A stretch of 64,000 nt of DNA from assembly GCA_038087875.1 (NCBI GenBank), contig CM075990.1:9984001-10048000 (forward strand), read 5' to 3'. Numbering within the stretch: position 1 is the first letter of the stretch; each line of letters opens with the position of its first letter. Shown piece by piece: positions 13,586 through 27,295 of this stretch. Origin of the DNA: Malacoraja senta. Its lineage: Eukaryota. The notes beneath the pieces are model-generated. The model was not told the origin of the DNA. It saw nothing but the letters and a program-made list of their open reading frames with translations, and made no database searches. The translations under genes and the position numbers were made by a program.

Positions 13586-15359
13586 GACAACTACTCTCCC
13601 TTAAAAAATACATCCTGGATCAATGCACAGAAATACTGAAATTAGTATGCCAAGTGTCAACCCTTCATAATTTCAGTCTATTTCATCTTGCAATGTTGGA
13701 TTGAATCTGCTTAGACACCTACTACAACAAATTTCCACGTTCAAACTCCATTGTTAAACAAGTATACCTAATAATATTCTCAACAGTTTAACCAGTAACT
13801 TCATCAGAGAACTGAAGGAGGTATTGATCAACATACCACCTAGAGAATGGATGACAATATCTTGAGTCATTCTCTGACTTCACATCTGCATAACTGTATT
13901 TCAGTCATGAGTAGCAATACTGTGCACTAACTGCCCTAGACTCCCACACGTTTAGAACTCTCTGCAGTCAATAGGCTATCCATAATGTTTGCCGACAATT
14001 ATCCCTCAGACTAAAGCTCTCCTGGAAATCTTGGAACCAAGCGGATTTTAATATCACCACAAGGTTGCTCTGTGCCAACTCTGTGCAGGAATTAAAGGCA
14101 GCCAAAGGAGAAAAGTAAATCAGGTTTATCAGAGCGATGCTACGGATTTTAAAGCAGCCTTTTCAATTCCTTCTGCTGAATATTCAACAGATTTTTTTTT
14201 GCTCTTGGGTTCAACTCAATTAATTGTGTGAGTAAACTGCAAAGGGATTAAGAAATTATTTACAAACATTAGGTGTTTAATTCACAAAGATCTGGTTCCC
14301 AAGTTGTCTCTTCAAGCTGCAATTAAACTGGATGTTGAAAAACATGTACTTAATGAGGAATGGACCCATTTGTTATATAGGGGACCTCTCCAGCACTGGA
14401 CTCAATGGAGATTCTTTTCCTGCACTTATGTTGATAATAGGCTTGACACTTGCTTTTAAAGCCTGGCCAAGGGCTTACAAAGCACTGCCTCAGGGCATGG
14501 CATCGGTGCAGAGACAGGAAATAATACTCTTGTCTTGCATCATCTGTGCGGAGCCAGATAGCTGGAGCTTGTGTGGTAGAAGAGTTGTTCTTATGTGGGT
14601 GGTCAGAAGATATCCTGAGGTCAATATTTCAACCATTACGGTTAAGAGAATTTGATGTTAGTTACCTGGGCAATTAATACACACTGCTGCTAAAGTAGTG
14701 GCTATCAACACAGAAATGAACATGAATCATATGATTGATTCCAGGCAGAGGATAGATAATGGCAGTCATGTTCAGCATTGCTGCCATATCTGTCCTGAAA
14801 CAGATTCCTGACAGGATCTTCCTTCAACCTAGCTGCAACTCATTTTTTATAAAACCATAGAGGGGTTAGGTTGTGGCTTTGAAACAAAAACAGAAATTTC
14901 AGATGAACTCGGCATATCAAGCAGCATCTGTGGGGTGAGAAACAGATAATGTCTTGGATCAGCGACTCTGCCTCAAGAACTAAAGAAGAGTTTTGAGGAA
15001 AGGTCACCGACCTGAAATGTTGACGCTTTCCGCAGTTGCTGTTTGACTGGCTGAGTTCTTCCAGCATTTCTGTTTTTGTTTCAGGTTCCAGCTTCTGCAG
15101 TTTTATTTCTTTTCCATTTCTGGGTCCACTTTCAGGTTTTGTGTCTGATGGAGCTTGAAGGCGATTCAGTTCCGCACAACCAGAAAACTGTGATGTCAAT
15201 GTAAAGTCTATTAAAATCTCACCCTGAAATGACAAAACAATGTAAAACGACAATTATTTGCCTTTTGGAACCATCAATTTGCTTTGAAAATTACTGTCAA
15301 TAGTTTTATCTTAAAAAATTGGCTCCCTGTTGTTGCCTCAGTTTGGAGGAAAACATTTC

Positions 15360-15848
15360 CCAAATGCGGAGTTATGCATTTTGGAAATAAGAATAAAGGT
15401 GTCGATTATTTTCTAAATGGAGATAGAATCCAGAAATCGGAGGTGCAAAAGGACTTGGGAGTGCTGGTGCAGGACTCCCAAAATGTTAATTTGCAACTCG
15501 AATCAGTAGAAAGGAAGGCAAATTCAATGCTTGCATTTATATCAAGAGGACTGGAATACAAAATCAGAGATGTAGTGCTGAGACTCTATACGTCGCTGGT
15601 TAGGTTGCATTTGGAAAACTGTGAGCAAATTTGGGACCCATATCTGAGGAAGGATGTGTTGGCTCTGGAGTGGGTCCAGAGGAGAATGATTCCAGGAACG
15701 AGTGGGTTAGCATATGATGAGCGTTTGACAGCCCTGGGCCTCTACTCACAGGAGTTTAGAAGGTTTAGGGGGGACCTCATTGAAACTTACAGAATAATGA
15801 AAGGCATAGATAGAGTGGATGTGGAAAGGATGATTCCACTGGTGGGAG
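15360..15848 (+). mobile_element. CR1 LINE ORF2 fragment
   Basis: KCGVMHFG..DLGVLV..LYTSLVRLHLE..FRGDLIETY in ORF 15284-15952. Confidence 0.9.
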
Positions 15849-16105
15849 GGTTGTATTATGCTGTGGTTGGGACAGTAGTGATGTTATCCTGCCAGATATT
15901 TCATCCCTCAAGTATCATCAGTAAAAATATATTTTACCAATATTATGTTTAAGAAGGAACTGCAGATGCAGGACAAATCGAAAGTAGACAAAAACTGCTG
16001 GAGAGACTCAGCGGGTGAGGCAGCATTTATGGAGAAAAGGAGTAGGTGACGTTTCGGGTCGAGACCCTTACCAATATTATGTGCCTGCAAAAATTGCGCA
16101 AGTAA

Positions 16106-17250
16106 TGGGCCTGTCCCACTTAGGCGACTTTTTAGGCGAGTGCAGGAGACTCTGCGCTCGCCACATGTTCGCCGATGGTCTCTGATGAGTCTCCTTCATG
16201 ATGGTGAGGAGTTCCCGCATTCTGGGAACTAGTCGCGGCCTCAGTATGGTCGTCGCAATTTTTTCAACATGTTGAAAATTTTTCTGCAACCAAAAATTGG
16301 CAGCCTTGGAGAAAATCAATAATCCTGTAGTCGTAGGTGCAGTTGTAGTGGGGTCGCCATGTAGTTATTGGTAGTCGAGGTAGTCGTAGGTAGTTTTAGT
16401 TAATCGCCTTTGCTGACCAGTATTTTCATTGGCTCATTGGGAAAAAAACGTAAGCAGGAGTTTTCAGAACCAAGGATAATGTCAAAATGCTAAATGTCCA
16501 CCGAACTTCACAGCTGTGTATCTCTGGCTTATTAAAAGTTGTCTGGCTTCTTGAAAGTTGTCTCCACTCCTTCTCCCCCCTTATCCCCCATTCTCCCCCC
16601 TTCTCACCCTCTCTCCCCCCCTCTCCCCCCTTCTCCCCACTTTTAAAGGACTTAAAGCCCTGTCCCACGGTACGAGTTCATTCCAAGAGCTCTCGCGAGT
16701 TTAAAAAAAATCAAACACGTGGTAAGCACAGAGAATGAACGTAGCGGGTACGTCGGAGCTCGGGGACGTCTCTTAGCGCTAACGGCAGGTACTCGGGAAG
16801 ACTCGCTAACGGCAGGTAAGCGCGGGAAGACTCGTGAAGATTTTTCAACATGATGAAAAATGTCCACGAGAGCCCCGAGTACCGACGAGCGGCCATTACC
16901 GTAAATCTCCGAGTTCGAATCAGGGCAAACTCGGGAGAACTCTTGGAATGAACTCATACCGTGGGACAGGGCTTTTACCGTACACTCTGCTAGCCGTCTT
17001 AATTACAGCGCCAACCTGCCTGTTCATCGCGGTGTGTGTCTGTATCACCTTGGCTTTGTACCGTGTGAATTTCAGACAGCGCTCCCCCGCTTGCCCTGGC
17101 CCCTGCCTTTGCGATGTGCTTGTGTTTGTGTGTGTGTGTGTCTGTTCCACTCTGACAGTCGCCGTTCCAGTTCCAAGTTTTCAGGCACCTGCCGGCGAAT
17201 TGACAGTCACCGGCAGTCTGCTGAAAAATCGCCTAAGTGGGACAGGCCCA
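16106..17250. mobile_element. PIF/Harbinger-type MITE
   Basis: Terminal inverted repeats (TIRs) TGGGCCTGTCCCACTTAGGCGA..TCGCCTAAGTGGGACAGGCCCA. TAA TSD at 16103-16105 and 17251-17253. Confidence 0.88.
16655..16974. mobile_element. Second Harbinger-type MITE nested in the first
   Basis: TIRs of about 40 bp (AAGCCCTGTCCCACGGTACGAGTTCATTCCAAGAG..). TTA TSD at 16652-16654 and 16975-16977. Confidence 0.88.
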
Positions 17251-17589
17251 TAAGAATTTCATTGCTCCAATCCCGGTACCCATGACGATTAAGCACTCTT
17301 GGCTTGTTACTTGTGGGATCCCGCTTTGCATAAATTTGGGATTAAGAATTTGTACATCCTGAGGCTGGGAATTCCATGCCAAGTAGTTCTGAAGCCCCAT
17401 TTGCCTGTTTACTTCTAACTGTTGCACGAGGCAGGTTCGAAACATTGGATACTGGGCAAAGTTTTTCAATACATAAATCCTCAAAGCCTACCGACAGATG
17501 GGAATAATCACCTAAATCAGTAGTCTGCGGAGTGTTATATTAATTAAATATGACCAAAGAGAGCCCTTCTTGTACCTACTTGCATGCAC

Positions 17590-17987
17590 AGTGAAAGTTC
17601 GATCAGCTGAGAAGGTTGTTGGCTGCAACCGTCCCCACATTGATGAACTGTACACTGCAAGGGCCAGGAAGCGAGTGGGTAAGATCATCTCTGACCACTC
17701 TCACCCTGCCCACAAACTCTTTGAAGCATTTTCCTCTGGAAGGCGACTCCGGATTGTCAAAGCCGCCACAGCCAGACATAAAAACAGCTTTTTTCCATGA
17801 GCAGTAGCTCTACTCAATAACCAAAAGTCTGTAGCCTTCTTTAATGTTTTATTCTTAATGTTTTAGTGTGATATGTTTTATTCTTAATTGTTTACTGTAT
17901 GTCGTGTGTTACTTGTGAGCGGAGCACCAAGGCAAATTCCTTGTATGTGTACATACTCGGCCAATAAACTTATTCATTCATTCATTA
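17590..17987 (+). mobile_element. Rex1-like LINE 3' end
   Basis: RSAEKVVG..KIISDHSHPAHKLF..SGRR..KNSFFP, with a (CATT)n tail. Confidence 0.8.
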
Positions 17988-18029
17988 AAACAACAGAGAA
18001 ATGAAATCCCTTCATCCCTTCTTGCACTC

Positions 18030-18230
18030 CCTGAGCCATGCCATTGACACTGCTGTGCTCCATCATGTAGCTCTTTGGAAGTGCAGTGGTCTGTTCTCCT
18101 GGGCTGAATGCCTGCTACTTTTTTGGGCTTATGTCCCTGCCCAGGTGTCCCTGGAGATAGAGCACACGGTGTTCACGGGCACCTTGGCTGCTTTCCGGGA
18201 CTGCTGGTCATCACCAGGTCTTGAGTACTT
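18030..18230 (+). mobile_element. Old Tx1/L1-clade ORF2 C-terminal fragment
   Basis: VSLEIEHTVFTGTLAAFRDCW is similar to the SLEREHAVPTGTLEAFRER copy at 18920-19105. Confidence 0.6.
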
Positions 18231-18404
18231 CTTAGATTAAAGTAATAACGGTTGGCTTTGATACATATGTATATTCTTTTATTTGGATTGACATTGCCTT
18301 GGAATAATGTTTTAGTTGTCATTTTGTACGTGTAAATATACTTTTTTCAAGTGCAGTTGTCTGTCAATGTAGCTGCTCTGTCAGTGTAGCACATCTTCAC
18401 AGGT

Positions 18405-19130
18405 TTTTTTTTCCTTAACAAGGAGACTTTATTTCATAATCACAGATCAATACTGCCAAATAGCAGTTCCCAAACATCAATCAATCAATTATCAAATTAC
18501 ATTATCATCCGTGTACACTGGACCCTCTAGGCCAAAGATAGACCACTCCTGCTAAATACAATGGGCTGACGTGTAGTACGCAACGGAACGGAACGTGGGC
18601 CTTTTTTTCATCCATTTCTGTAACCGGACCTGACCCGACTTGCAGTGTAATCAACGTTGCGGGGGAACAGTTTGTGTTAATAAATTAAAATTCTGAAAAT
18701 GAGGAGAAGATTTTTCCCAAATAACTTTTATTTTTACGAGGATGTTTCCGTAACCGGCTTCCGTCTCCGCACTATTATCCTATGGGATCTTTGGTGTGGA
18801 GATGGAAGCCGGTTACGGAAATGGGGCCTATAATTACCCATGAATCTGCCCATGACCGTACTACGTCTTCTTCGTCGAGTGGACTATCTTGCTCGCTATA
18901 GGATCTTTGCTCTCGGCGACTAGCGTTCACGGAAGGCCTCCAGAGTACCCGTGGGCACCGCGTGTTCCCTTTCCAAGGACCCGGAAGAGGGACAGGCAGT
19001 TGTCTTAGGCAGGACTCTCGCTGCCCGTTGCCTGGACCCTGGAATAGCCACCATGGCCTGGCCCAGGAGCAAACCGACAGGGAAAGAAACTTCACAGGCT
19101 TGCAAATTCTCTCATGGGTTCAGTGCTTAG
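18405..19130 (-). mobile_element. Tx1/L1-clade 3' fragment interrupted by a hAT MITE
   Basis: SLEREHAVPTGTLEAFRER motif; poly-T (reverse A tail) near 18405. Confidence 0.6.
18533..18909. mobile_element. hAT-like MITE
   Basis: Termini CAAAGAT..ATCTTTG. 8-bp TSD CTCTAGGC (18525-18532) / CTCTCGGC (18910-18917), one mismatch. Confidence 0.75.
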
Positions 19131-19459
19131 GGCAGAACCTGTGTCAAAAATCATTCAGCAGATTAAAAGAAAGGGGCTTGTGCTGTAGGGAGAATAAACA
19201 TGATGGAGGCTTCTTCCTTGTGTTGAGTCCAAACAATGCAATCTGAAGAAGGCTCTCGACTTGAAACATCATCCGTTCATTTCCTTCCACAGATGCTGCC
19301 TGACCCGCTATGTGTATTGTTCCTCAAGATTCTTGCATCTGCAGTCTCTTGGTTTGCCAGAATAAGCTGGTTGGGCTGATTTCAAGTCATAACCATGGAA
19401 TTGTAAATGTTGGTCTGTGCAATAAATTTTTTCATAAGACAGTACAAGATAAAATTGAC

Positions 19460-19920
19460 TAGAAAAGAACTGCAGATGCTGGTTTACACTAAAGATAGAC
19501 ACAAAATGATGGAGTAACTCAGCGGGTCAGCAAGCATCTCTGGATAAAAGGAATACGTAACATTTTGGCTTGAGACCCTTTTTCAGATCGAGTCGGAAGA
19601 AGGGTTTCGACCCGAAACATCACCTGTTCCTTTTTACCAGAGATGCTGCTTGACCCGCTGAGTTACTCCAGATAAAGGTAGACAAAAATGCTGGAGAAAC
19701 TCAGCGGGAGCGGCAGCATCTATGGAGCGAAGGAAATAGGCAACGTTTCGGGCCGCAACCCTTCTTTAGTCTGACGAAGGGTTTCGGCCCGAAACGTTGC
19801 CTATTTCCTTCGCACCCTAGATGCTGCCGCACCCGCTGAGTTTCTCCAGCATTTTTGTCTACCTTTGATTTTCCAGCATCTGCAGTTCCTTCTTGAACAT
19901 TTTGTCTACTCCAGATAAAA
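19460..19920. mobile_element. Two tandem Penelope-derived palindromes
   Basis: Inverted arms at about 19510-19670 and 19674-19866; direct repeat TACTCCAGATAAA around the second. Confidence 0.8.
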
Positions 19921-20692
19921 TTGTCTGGCAGGTTCATTTTTTAAAAATAATTTGAATAGTATACTTAGAAAGGCCAATTTGTTAGTATTTATATCTCCTG
20001 AGGAAATGATCTCAAAATCTCATGAATCAATTACGGTCAGCCCCATTAGTGGGTCATAAATCATGGGTGACTGACCCATTTCTCACCTGCCGTCCGTCCA
20101 CTGTGTAAATCTGCAGTCATCTTTTTCTGTGGACAGGTTACAGCTGTTGTTGGGGACAACAGAATGAGAAGGGAGCAAAAACAGCTGTTAATCTCACAAT
20201 TTATGAGAGTCAGATGTGATGGGAACTTGTCAGCCAAGTTCAGGGCTGTACTCGGGTTAGAAAGCCTGATATTATGAGCGCTAATTGCAACAGGTCACTT
20301 TTAACAAATGATTCCTTTTCTTTTGCTCTATAAATTATGCAGGAATATTGTAACCTTGCCAGAGTCAATACTGTTTAATGGGCAGCACAGTGGTGCAGCT
20401 GGTAGAGCTGCTGCTTCACAGCGACAGAGATCCAGGTTTGATTCGATCATGTACTGTCTGTGTGGAGTTTGAACATCATTCTCCCTGTGGGTGTGTGGGT
20501 TTCCTCCGGGTGCTCTGATTTCCACCCACGTCTCGAAGACATGTGGGTTTATAGGTTAATTGGCCTCTGTAAAATTGTCCCCAGTGGGCAGGGAGTGGAT
20601 GTGAAAGTGGGATGATGTAGTTGTGAGAGAAGTAGAATGGTAGTGACATAGAAAAAGACAATTCACTCAATTTCTGGAACCATGTGATGTAA

Positions 20693-21940
20693 TCAGTTTC
20701 AATTCAGTTTCAGTTTAGTTTATTGTCATGTGTACCGAGGTACAGTGAAAATCTTTTGTTGCATTCTAACCAGTCAGCAGAAAGACAATACATGATTACA
20801 ATCGATCCATTTACAGTGTATAGATACACGATAAGTGAATAATGCTGAGTGCAAGATGAAGCCAGCAAAGTCCGATCAAGGATAGTCCGAGGGTCTTCAA
20901 AGAGGTAGATAGTAGTTCAGCACTGCTCTCTGGTTGTGGTAGGATGATTCAGTTGCCTGATAACAGCTGAGAAGAAACTGTCCCTGAATCTGGTGGTGTG
21001 TGCTTTCACACTTCTATACCTTTTACCTGATGGAAGAGTGGTGAAGAGGGAGTGGCCAGGCTGCAACTTGTCCTTGATTATGCTGCTAGCCTTGCCAAGG
21101 CAGCGTGAGGTATGAATGGAGTCAATAGAAGGGAGGTTGGTTGGTATGATGGCTTGGGCTGCATCCATAATTCGCTGCAATTTCTTGCAGTCCTGGATGG
21201 AGCTGTTCCCAAACCATGCTGTGATACATCCTGATAAAATACTTTCTACGGTGCATTTGGAGAAGTTGGTGAGAGCTGTAGGGGACATTCCAAACTTCCT
21301 AAGCCTTCTAAGGACATAGAGGCGCTGGTGTGGCTTCTTGGTCTTTGCTTCAATAGGGTGGTCCAGGAGAAGTTGTTGGTGAGGGTAGACACAAAATGCT
21401 GGAGTAACTCAGCGGGGCAGGCAGCATCTCTGGAGAGAAGGAATGGGTGACGTTTCGGGTCGAGACCCTTCATCAGACGGATGTCAGAGGAATGGACGGT
21501 ACAGAGATTAAATTGTAGTCGGTGACTGAAAGACTGGGAGGAGAACTGGGATGGGGGTGGGTATAGAGAGTGAGGGAAAGCAAGGGCTACTTGAAGTTAG
21601 AGGTTAATGTTCATACCGCTGGGTTGCAAGCTTCCCAAGTGAAATATGAGGTGCTGTTCCTCCAATTTGAGCTGGGCTTCACTCTGACAATGGAGGAGGC
21701 CCAGGACAGAGAGGTCAGTGTTGGAATGGGAGGGGGAGTTAAAGTGTTGAGCAACCAGGAGATCAGATAGGTTTAGGCAGACAGACCGGAGGTGTTCAGC
21801 GAAAAGAAGTTGTTGGTGATATTGACTCCTAGGAATTTGAAGTTTTCGACCATCTCTACTTCGGCACCGTCAATGCAAACTGGGGTTCGTGTACCGCTTC
21901 GCTTCCTGATGTCGATCACTATCTCTTTTGCTTTGCTGAC
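20693..21940 (-). mobile_element. Rex1-like LINE split by a Penelope fragment (21383-21804)
   Basis: ORFs 20917-21288 (ESILSGCITAWFGN..FRDSFF) and 21773-22000 (FKFLGVNIT). 15-bp TSD AGAAGTTGTTGGTGA at 21368-21382 and 21805-21819. Confidence 0.85.
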
Positions 21941-24900
21941 AATCCATTGTGGCTTTTCAATTCCATCCATCGAGATGTGAATCCCATGGCTGTGCAGCAA
22001 TGATCTTGGTAGAATTCTGTCTGCTCAGTGCACTAGATGGGGTGGGAGATTGCAACCTTCACGTGGTCCGCCCTGTTTCGACGAATGCAATCAACCCGGC
22101 GTGCACAATCAAATAAGATCAAATAGAACAAGTTGTCCTACAACTTTAGGCTGTGCACGCCATACGCAAGAAGAAGAAGTGCACAAAATGTTTCTTAGAA
22201 CTTATTTTTCGTAATGAAATGTGAATGTATCTTGTAACAATGGGATACATAAGTGTCATTACAATAGATATTTGTGTGGGTTGGCTATGGGGTGGTGGGT
22301 TCTCTCCGTGATTTGCCAATTCATTGGGGAATGTAATCACATTGATCAATTCCCTCTGCAACTCCACAGGAACTGATGCAGCACATACCTGTTGCAGCAT
22401 GAGCTAGGCTGATAAGTGGCACGTTACGTTTGTGTTACACAGGTACCAAGCCATAATCATTACCAACAAGAAGGCTTAGGCACCTATATCTGGCTTTCAA
22501 TAGTACTATATCAACAATGTTCCTACTCTGTGGCCGGTCACTCATCTGGATCAACCACATAAAAATATAATAACCATAAAAGTAAGTCCAAGTCACTTAC
22601 TTTTGTAAGCACCTCCCTTCCGAACACCGTCCCTCTTGCAAGTTACAAAATCAGGAAGTCTGAAGGAATTTTGTCATTTTGCCTGGATGAAAGCAGTTAC
22701 AACAACACTCAAGGAACTCAGCAATATGCAGGACAAGCATTGACATTCCATCTACCACACATAGCCATCAGTTCTCCATTATGCAGTGAGCAGTATCTAC
22801 AAGATGCACTGCAGCCTCTTGCCTCTCCTACTTTGATAGTAGAGGCACGCCTTCCCACAACCTCTCACAACCTACCTACAACCTCTCCGATCAAGAAGGC
22901 CAAGGGCAGCAGGTGCATGAGAACACCACCACCACCAGATTGCTCTCCAAGTCACACACGACCTTATTTGGAAATGTACGGGTCTTCCTCCAGCAATTCG
23001 ATTTTTTTTCCCCAAGTCTTTTGTAATAACTCTAAATCCTGGAATACCCTACCCACCAGCACTGCAGAGATTCAAGAATTGGTGGCTCTTGACTTTCTCA
23101 AGAGCTTTTCAGGATGGGAAATTACTGCCATTGATCACATCCTGTAAATTTTACAAAAGACTAACGGTGACTCTCATATATCTATCAATTGATTGATCAC
23201 TGTTAATTTTACATTGAATTACATGGTACTTGGAGCAGAAATATGGAACATTACACCAAACAAGTCAATGCTGACTTTCAACACAAACACAAGCTTCATT
23301 TAGATCTGAATATAGTCTTATTAAATAAGCATGACTGCCTGTTCCTTCCTCCTTCGTTTACATATTTAATTTGAATATGAATTATTCGATGAATTATGCT
23401 TTATTTGAATACATTTCTACTATTTGCCTCAAGTATTTTCTGTGTGACAATCTTCTATAGGTGTGCTGTAGAAAGCAGCTTTGGTAACAGCTCCATCCAA
23501 GACCGCTAGAAATAGCAGAGAGTTGTGGAAACATCCCAGACCATCATGCAAACCAAACTCCCTTCCACTGATTCCATCTACACTTCACGTTGCCTCGGCA
23601 AGGCCATCAGCATAATCAAGGACCAGTCTGACTCTCGTCACTCCCTCTTCTTCCCTCTCCCATTAGGCAACAGGTACAAAAGGTTGAAAACCAATGGCTC
23701 AAGATTCTGGGACAGTTTCTTCCCAGCGGAGATAAAAGAAACTGAACTGTAATCTCACCAGCTGGAAAGCAGTCTTGACCTCCCATCTACCTCATGGAGA
23801 CCTTCAAACTACCAATAATTGGACATTATTCTTGGTTCTTGGTTTCTTGGTCCTCCAAAATATTCCAAATGGAATTTAAACTGGAGGTGGTGGAGGAAGG
23901 ACTTAAGCCAGAAAGGGTTTTTGGGAAGAAAGAGCTACCTTAAATTTAGTTGCATCTGGTTGGGTAACTATAGTAGGGTGGAGATTATTCCATGCTTTAA
24001 ATGTGCGGGGGAAGAACGAATTGCTGTACACATCTGTCTTGGTAGCTGGAACGTTATTGAACGTTATCTTGGACCAAATGTTATACCCTTTGTCATGTAT
24101 CTGTACAATGTGGACAGCTTGATTGTAATCATGTGTAATCTTTTTGCTGACTGGATAGCACGCAACAAAAAGCTTTTCACTGTGCCTCAGTACATGTGAC
24201 AATAATAAACTAAACTGAACTAAAACAAGTTCCACGTTTGCACCACCCTTTGAGTAATGTAGTTGCTTTTGAATTTATGGCTACATTGCGTTGATGGTAC
24301 CTGTTTAGATGCCCCATGAATAGAATTGTCTTCTCTATATTAACCTTATTAAACTCCCTGATAAAGTTAAAGACCTGTCTCGTCACCCCTCAAGCATGGG
24401 AAAATGGCAGGGAATGAGCAACGTATTCACACCTGTTAGATGGCAAGAGAATATGTAGCACTGGCTCTTTAGCCGACTCAGGATAGTTTATGCTTTGATC
24501 AATGATTTCACTCGTTGAAAACACAAATGATTGTGCTGCTGTTTTGAGTGTTCCTGCCTTGATTACTGGCACCGTGCAGGCAATTTCCATTACCCAGGGC
24601 TCTGTGTATTGTCACAGCTCCTTAAACATGCAAATAGAACTGGACCTTTCAACTCGCTGTTTGTGCTGTTACACCATTAAAGCTGCATTAACCCTAATGC
24701 TTTGATTGTTTAAGAGCGAACTTGTGGGCACAAAATGTTCCAACACATTTCACATGTTGCGGAATTCTCTCCGTGAGTGGGTTTGCTACTCTGATGAGAA
24801 TGGGCACTTTTGGCCTCCACTCCAACATGTCAATCAGGCAAGCGTTGTGTGTTTGGACATTACCTGGAACTTGGCTTGGAGTGTGCAGCTAAATTAGTGA

Positions 24901-25399
24901 ACTAATTCTTCGCCTCAAAGTTAATTCTGCCACAGTTGCACTAAACTAAAGTTTGTATTAAAGTGTTGTTGCCCTAACCTTCACTTAACCCCAACACGAA
25001 TGACCATCTCAACTCTAATTCTAACACCTGAACTCTCAAATCATGAGTCCAATATTCTAAACCCAACCCAAACTAAGTACAACCTCACTCTTACCTTAAT
25101 TCTCATGTTAAACTCAAATCCTAAGCCCTAACCGTAACCAGGACATCGCGACTATAAACACGTTATCACTAAGATTCCAGTCAATAATATTAATGCACTA
25201 ATATAGTTATTAATATAAATATCTCAAATATTACTCTTAATATTCCAACCACTAACGATAATAACAAGCTGTAAGCCAAGCACCGACACTAAAACTATCA
25301 ATCAAACTGTCAAGTAATATTTAAGCTACTGGCCCAAACACCTTTAACACAAACACATAATCCAAACACATTAACTGTGAGCATTTAATTTGCCACCAT

Positions 25400-27295
25400 C
25401 TATCTATCTATATCTATATCTATATCTATATCTATATCTATATCTATATCTATATCTATATCTATATCTATATCTATATCTATCTATCTATATATTACTA
25501 AAACTCTCATCTTGTTTGTTTGTTTGTTTTTTGTATATATGTGTGTTCCCGAAACTCCGCCAATACGATAGCGCTACAATTTTTGGCCCACCTTACTCAC
25601 CATTTTCCTGGGGTGTGTATTCGGCAAGTTTCGTTAACATTCATGTTATATTTTACAAGTTATTGCCATTTAGTTTATTTTATTAGAAGTTAATACAATA
25701 CAAAACAATACAGTGGTACCTAATTTTAGGTGCCAACTATGTCATAACGTAATACATTCTATGTACAACCTCTAGTTTTATGTTTTTGAAAAGGAGGTAA
25801 AAACAAAACAAATAATAGAGAGAAGAAAAAGAGGAAAAATAAATAGTAGAAAATAGAAAAACGTGAAGTGTGTATATAAGAAAAGAAAAAGTAGAAAGTA
25901 GAAATAGTAGAAAAAGACCCTTAAAAAAGAAATTTTCAAATCTTTGTTCGGAGATGTAAATCTATCCACGACCTGACCTGAAATCAGTAATCATTACGGT
26001 ACTGCTGCATCACATGATTCCAAAAAGTCGATGAAAGGGGACCAACTCCTTAAGAATTGGTCATATTTATCTATTAGGCGGAGTCTCATTTCTTCAAGGT
26101 GTGCTATGTCCGTCATATTCCTAATCCACATTTAGCTGTATAGCTGTATTTTTCCAAAATTTAAGTATCAATTTATTTCCAATTATTAACTCATAATTAA
26201 AGAATACTTTTTGGTCTTTGTTTAAATTGATATCTTCTACTATTATTCCAAATATAATCCATTCCGTATTAGGTTCTATTCTTGACTTGAAGAGCTTTGT
26301 AAATATATCAAATATATCGCTCCAAAATTTATTCAACTTTGTACATCCTACAAATGAATGTGTTATATTGGCATTTTGAAACAAACATTTATCGCATCTG
26401 GGAGAGATGTTTGGGTAGAATTTATTCAACCTCGTTTTTGAATAATATAGTCTATGTAATAATTTAAATTGAATTAAATTATGTCTTGCATTAATGGAAC
26501 AATTATGTGTGTTCATCAGATACTTTTCCCATCTATCTTTCGGGATCTTTATCATTAGTTCATGTTCCCAATCTTCTCTTAGTGCCTCTGTTGAGGGTAA
26601 TTCTCTATTTAATATACTATTATAAAAATATGATATTAGTTTTTGTGAATCAGCCTTAATATTCATTGCTTCTAAAGGGTCTAAAAATATAGTTTGAAAT
26701 CTATGTATATATTTAAAATATTGATTATCATTCAGTTTAAATTTTAATTTTAATTGTTCAAATGATAACAATTTGCCCAATTCATACATATCTCTTACTT
26801 TCCTAATCCCCAGTCTATCCCATTGTTTATATGTTTTGTCGATAAGAGATGGTTTGAATGCAGGATTATTCAGTATTGGGGTTAATACTGATAGATTATT
26901 TAATTGCCATTTAAAACTTAAAATTACTTAAAGCAATGCCTCCACTTGCCGGCCACGTCTGCGCAGTTGGGGGAGGCCCGTCAGTCCTGCTGGTGGGCAG
27001 TGGGCCTGGTATCCCCGCCTGCACAGTTGGGCCTTTGCCGATTTTAAGATCGCCATTTTTTTTCCCGCATGTACTTGCCTGGCCTCACAATGGGGACCCA
27101 ACGGTTCCACTGGTAAGTTTTGTTCTATTTTACAAACGGCTCCACGGGTCCTTTATACACTTTATTAACTTTAACTTAATTTCTGCCGTCAACGGCACAA
27201 CTTTGAATACTGCAGTCGCGCCTTGGCAGTGCGAGCCCGTCAGCCGTGCATGAGCAGTTTGGTGGAATATTACATTGGGGGCGGGACCCAATGTC
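25400..27295 (+). mobile_element. Helitron-like non-autonomous element (with (TATATC)n 5' array) hosting an L1 insertion
   Basis: TCTATATATTACTAAAACTC 5' motif follows the microsatellite; GC-rich hairpin-like TTGGGGGCGGGACCCAA near the 3' end. The canonical CTAG end was not seen. Confidence 0.5.
25668..26905 (-). mobile_element. L1 LINE 3' fragment
   Basis: ORF 26121-26789 contains QFKLLHRLYY..CDKC..THSFVGC..FW, an L1 ORF2 C-terminal Cys-rich region, followed by an AT-rich 3' UTR. Confidence 0.85.

Noticed and set aside
13284..13604. K/E/R-rich 106-aa ORF
   Set aside because: Translation of a GA low-complexity tract.
25390..25686. YL-repeat ORF
   Set aside because: (TATATC)n microsatellite.
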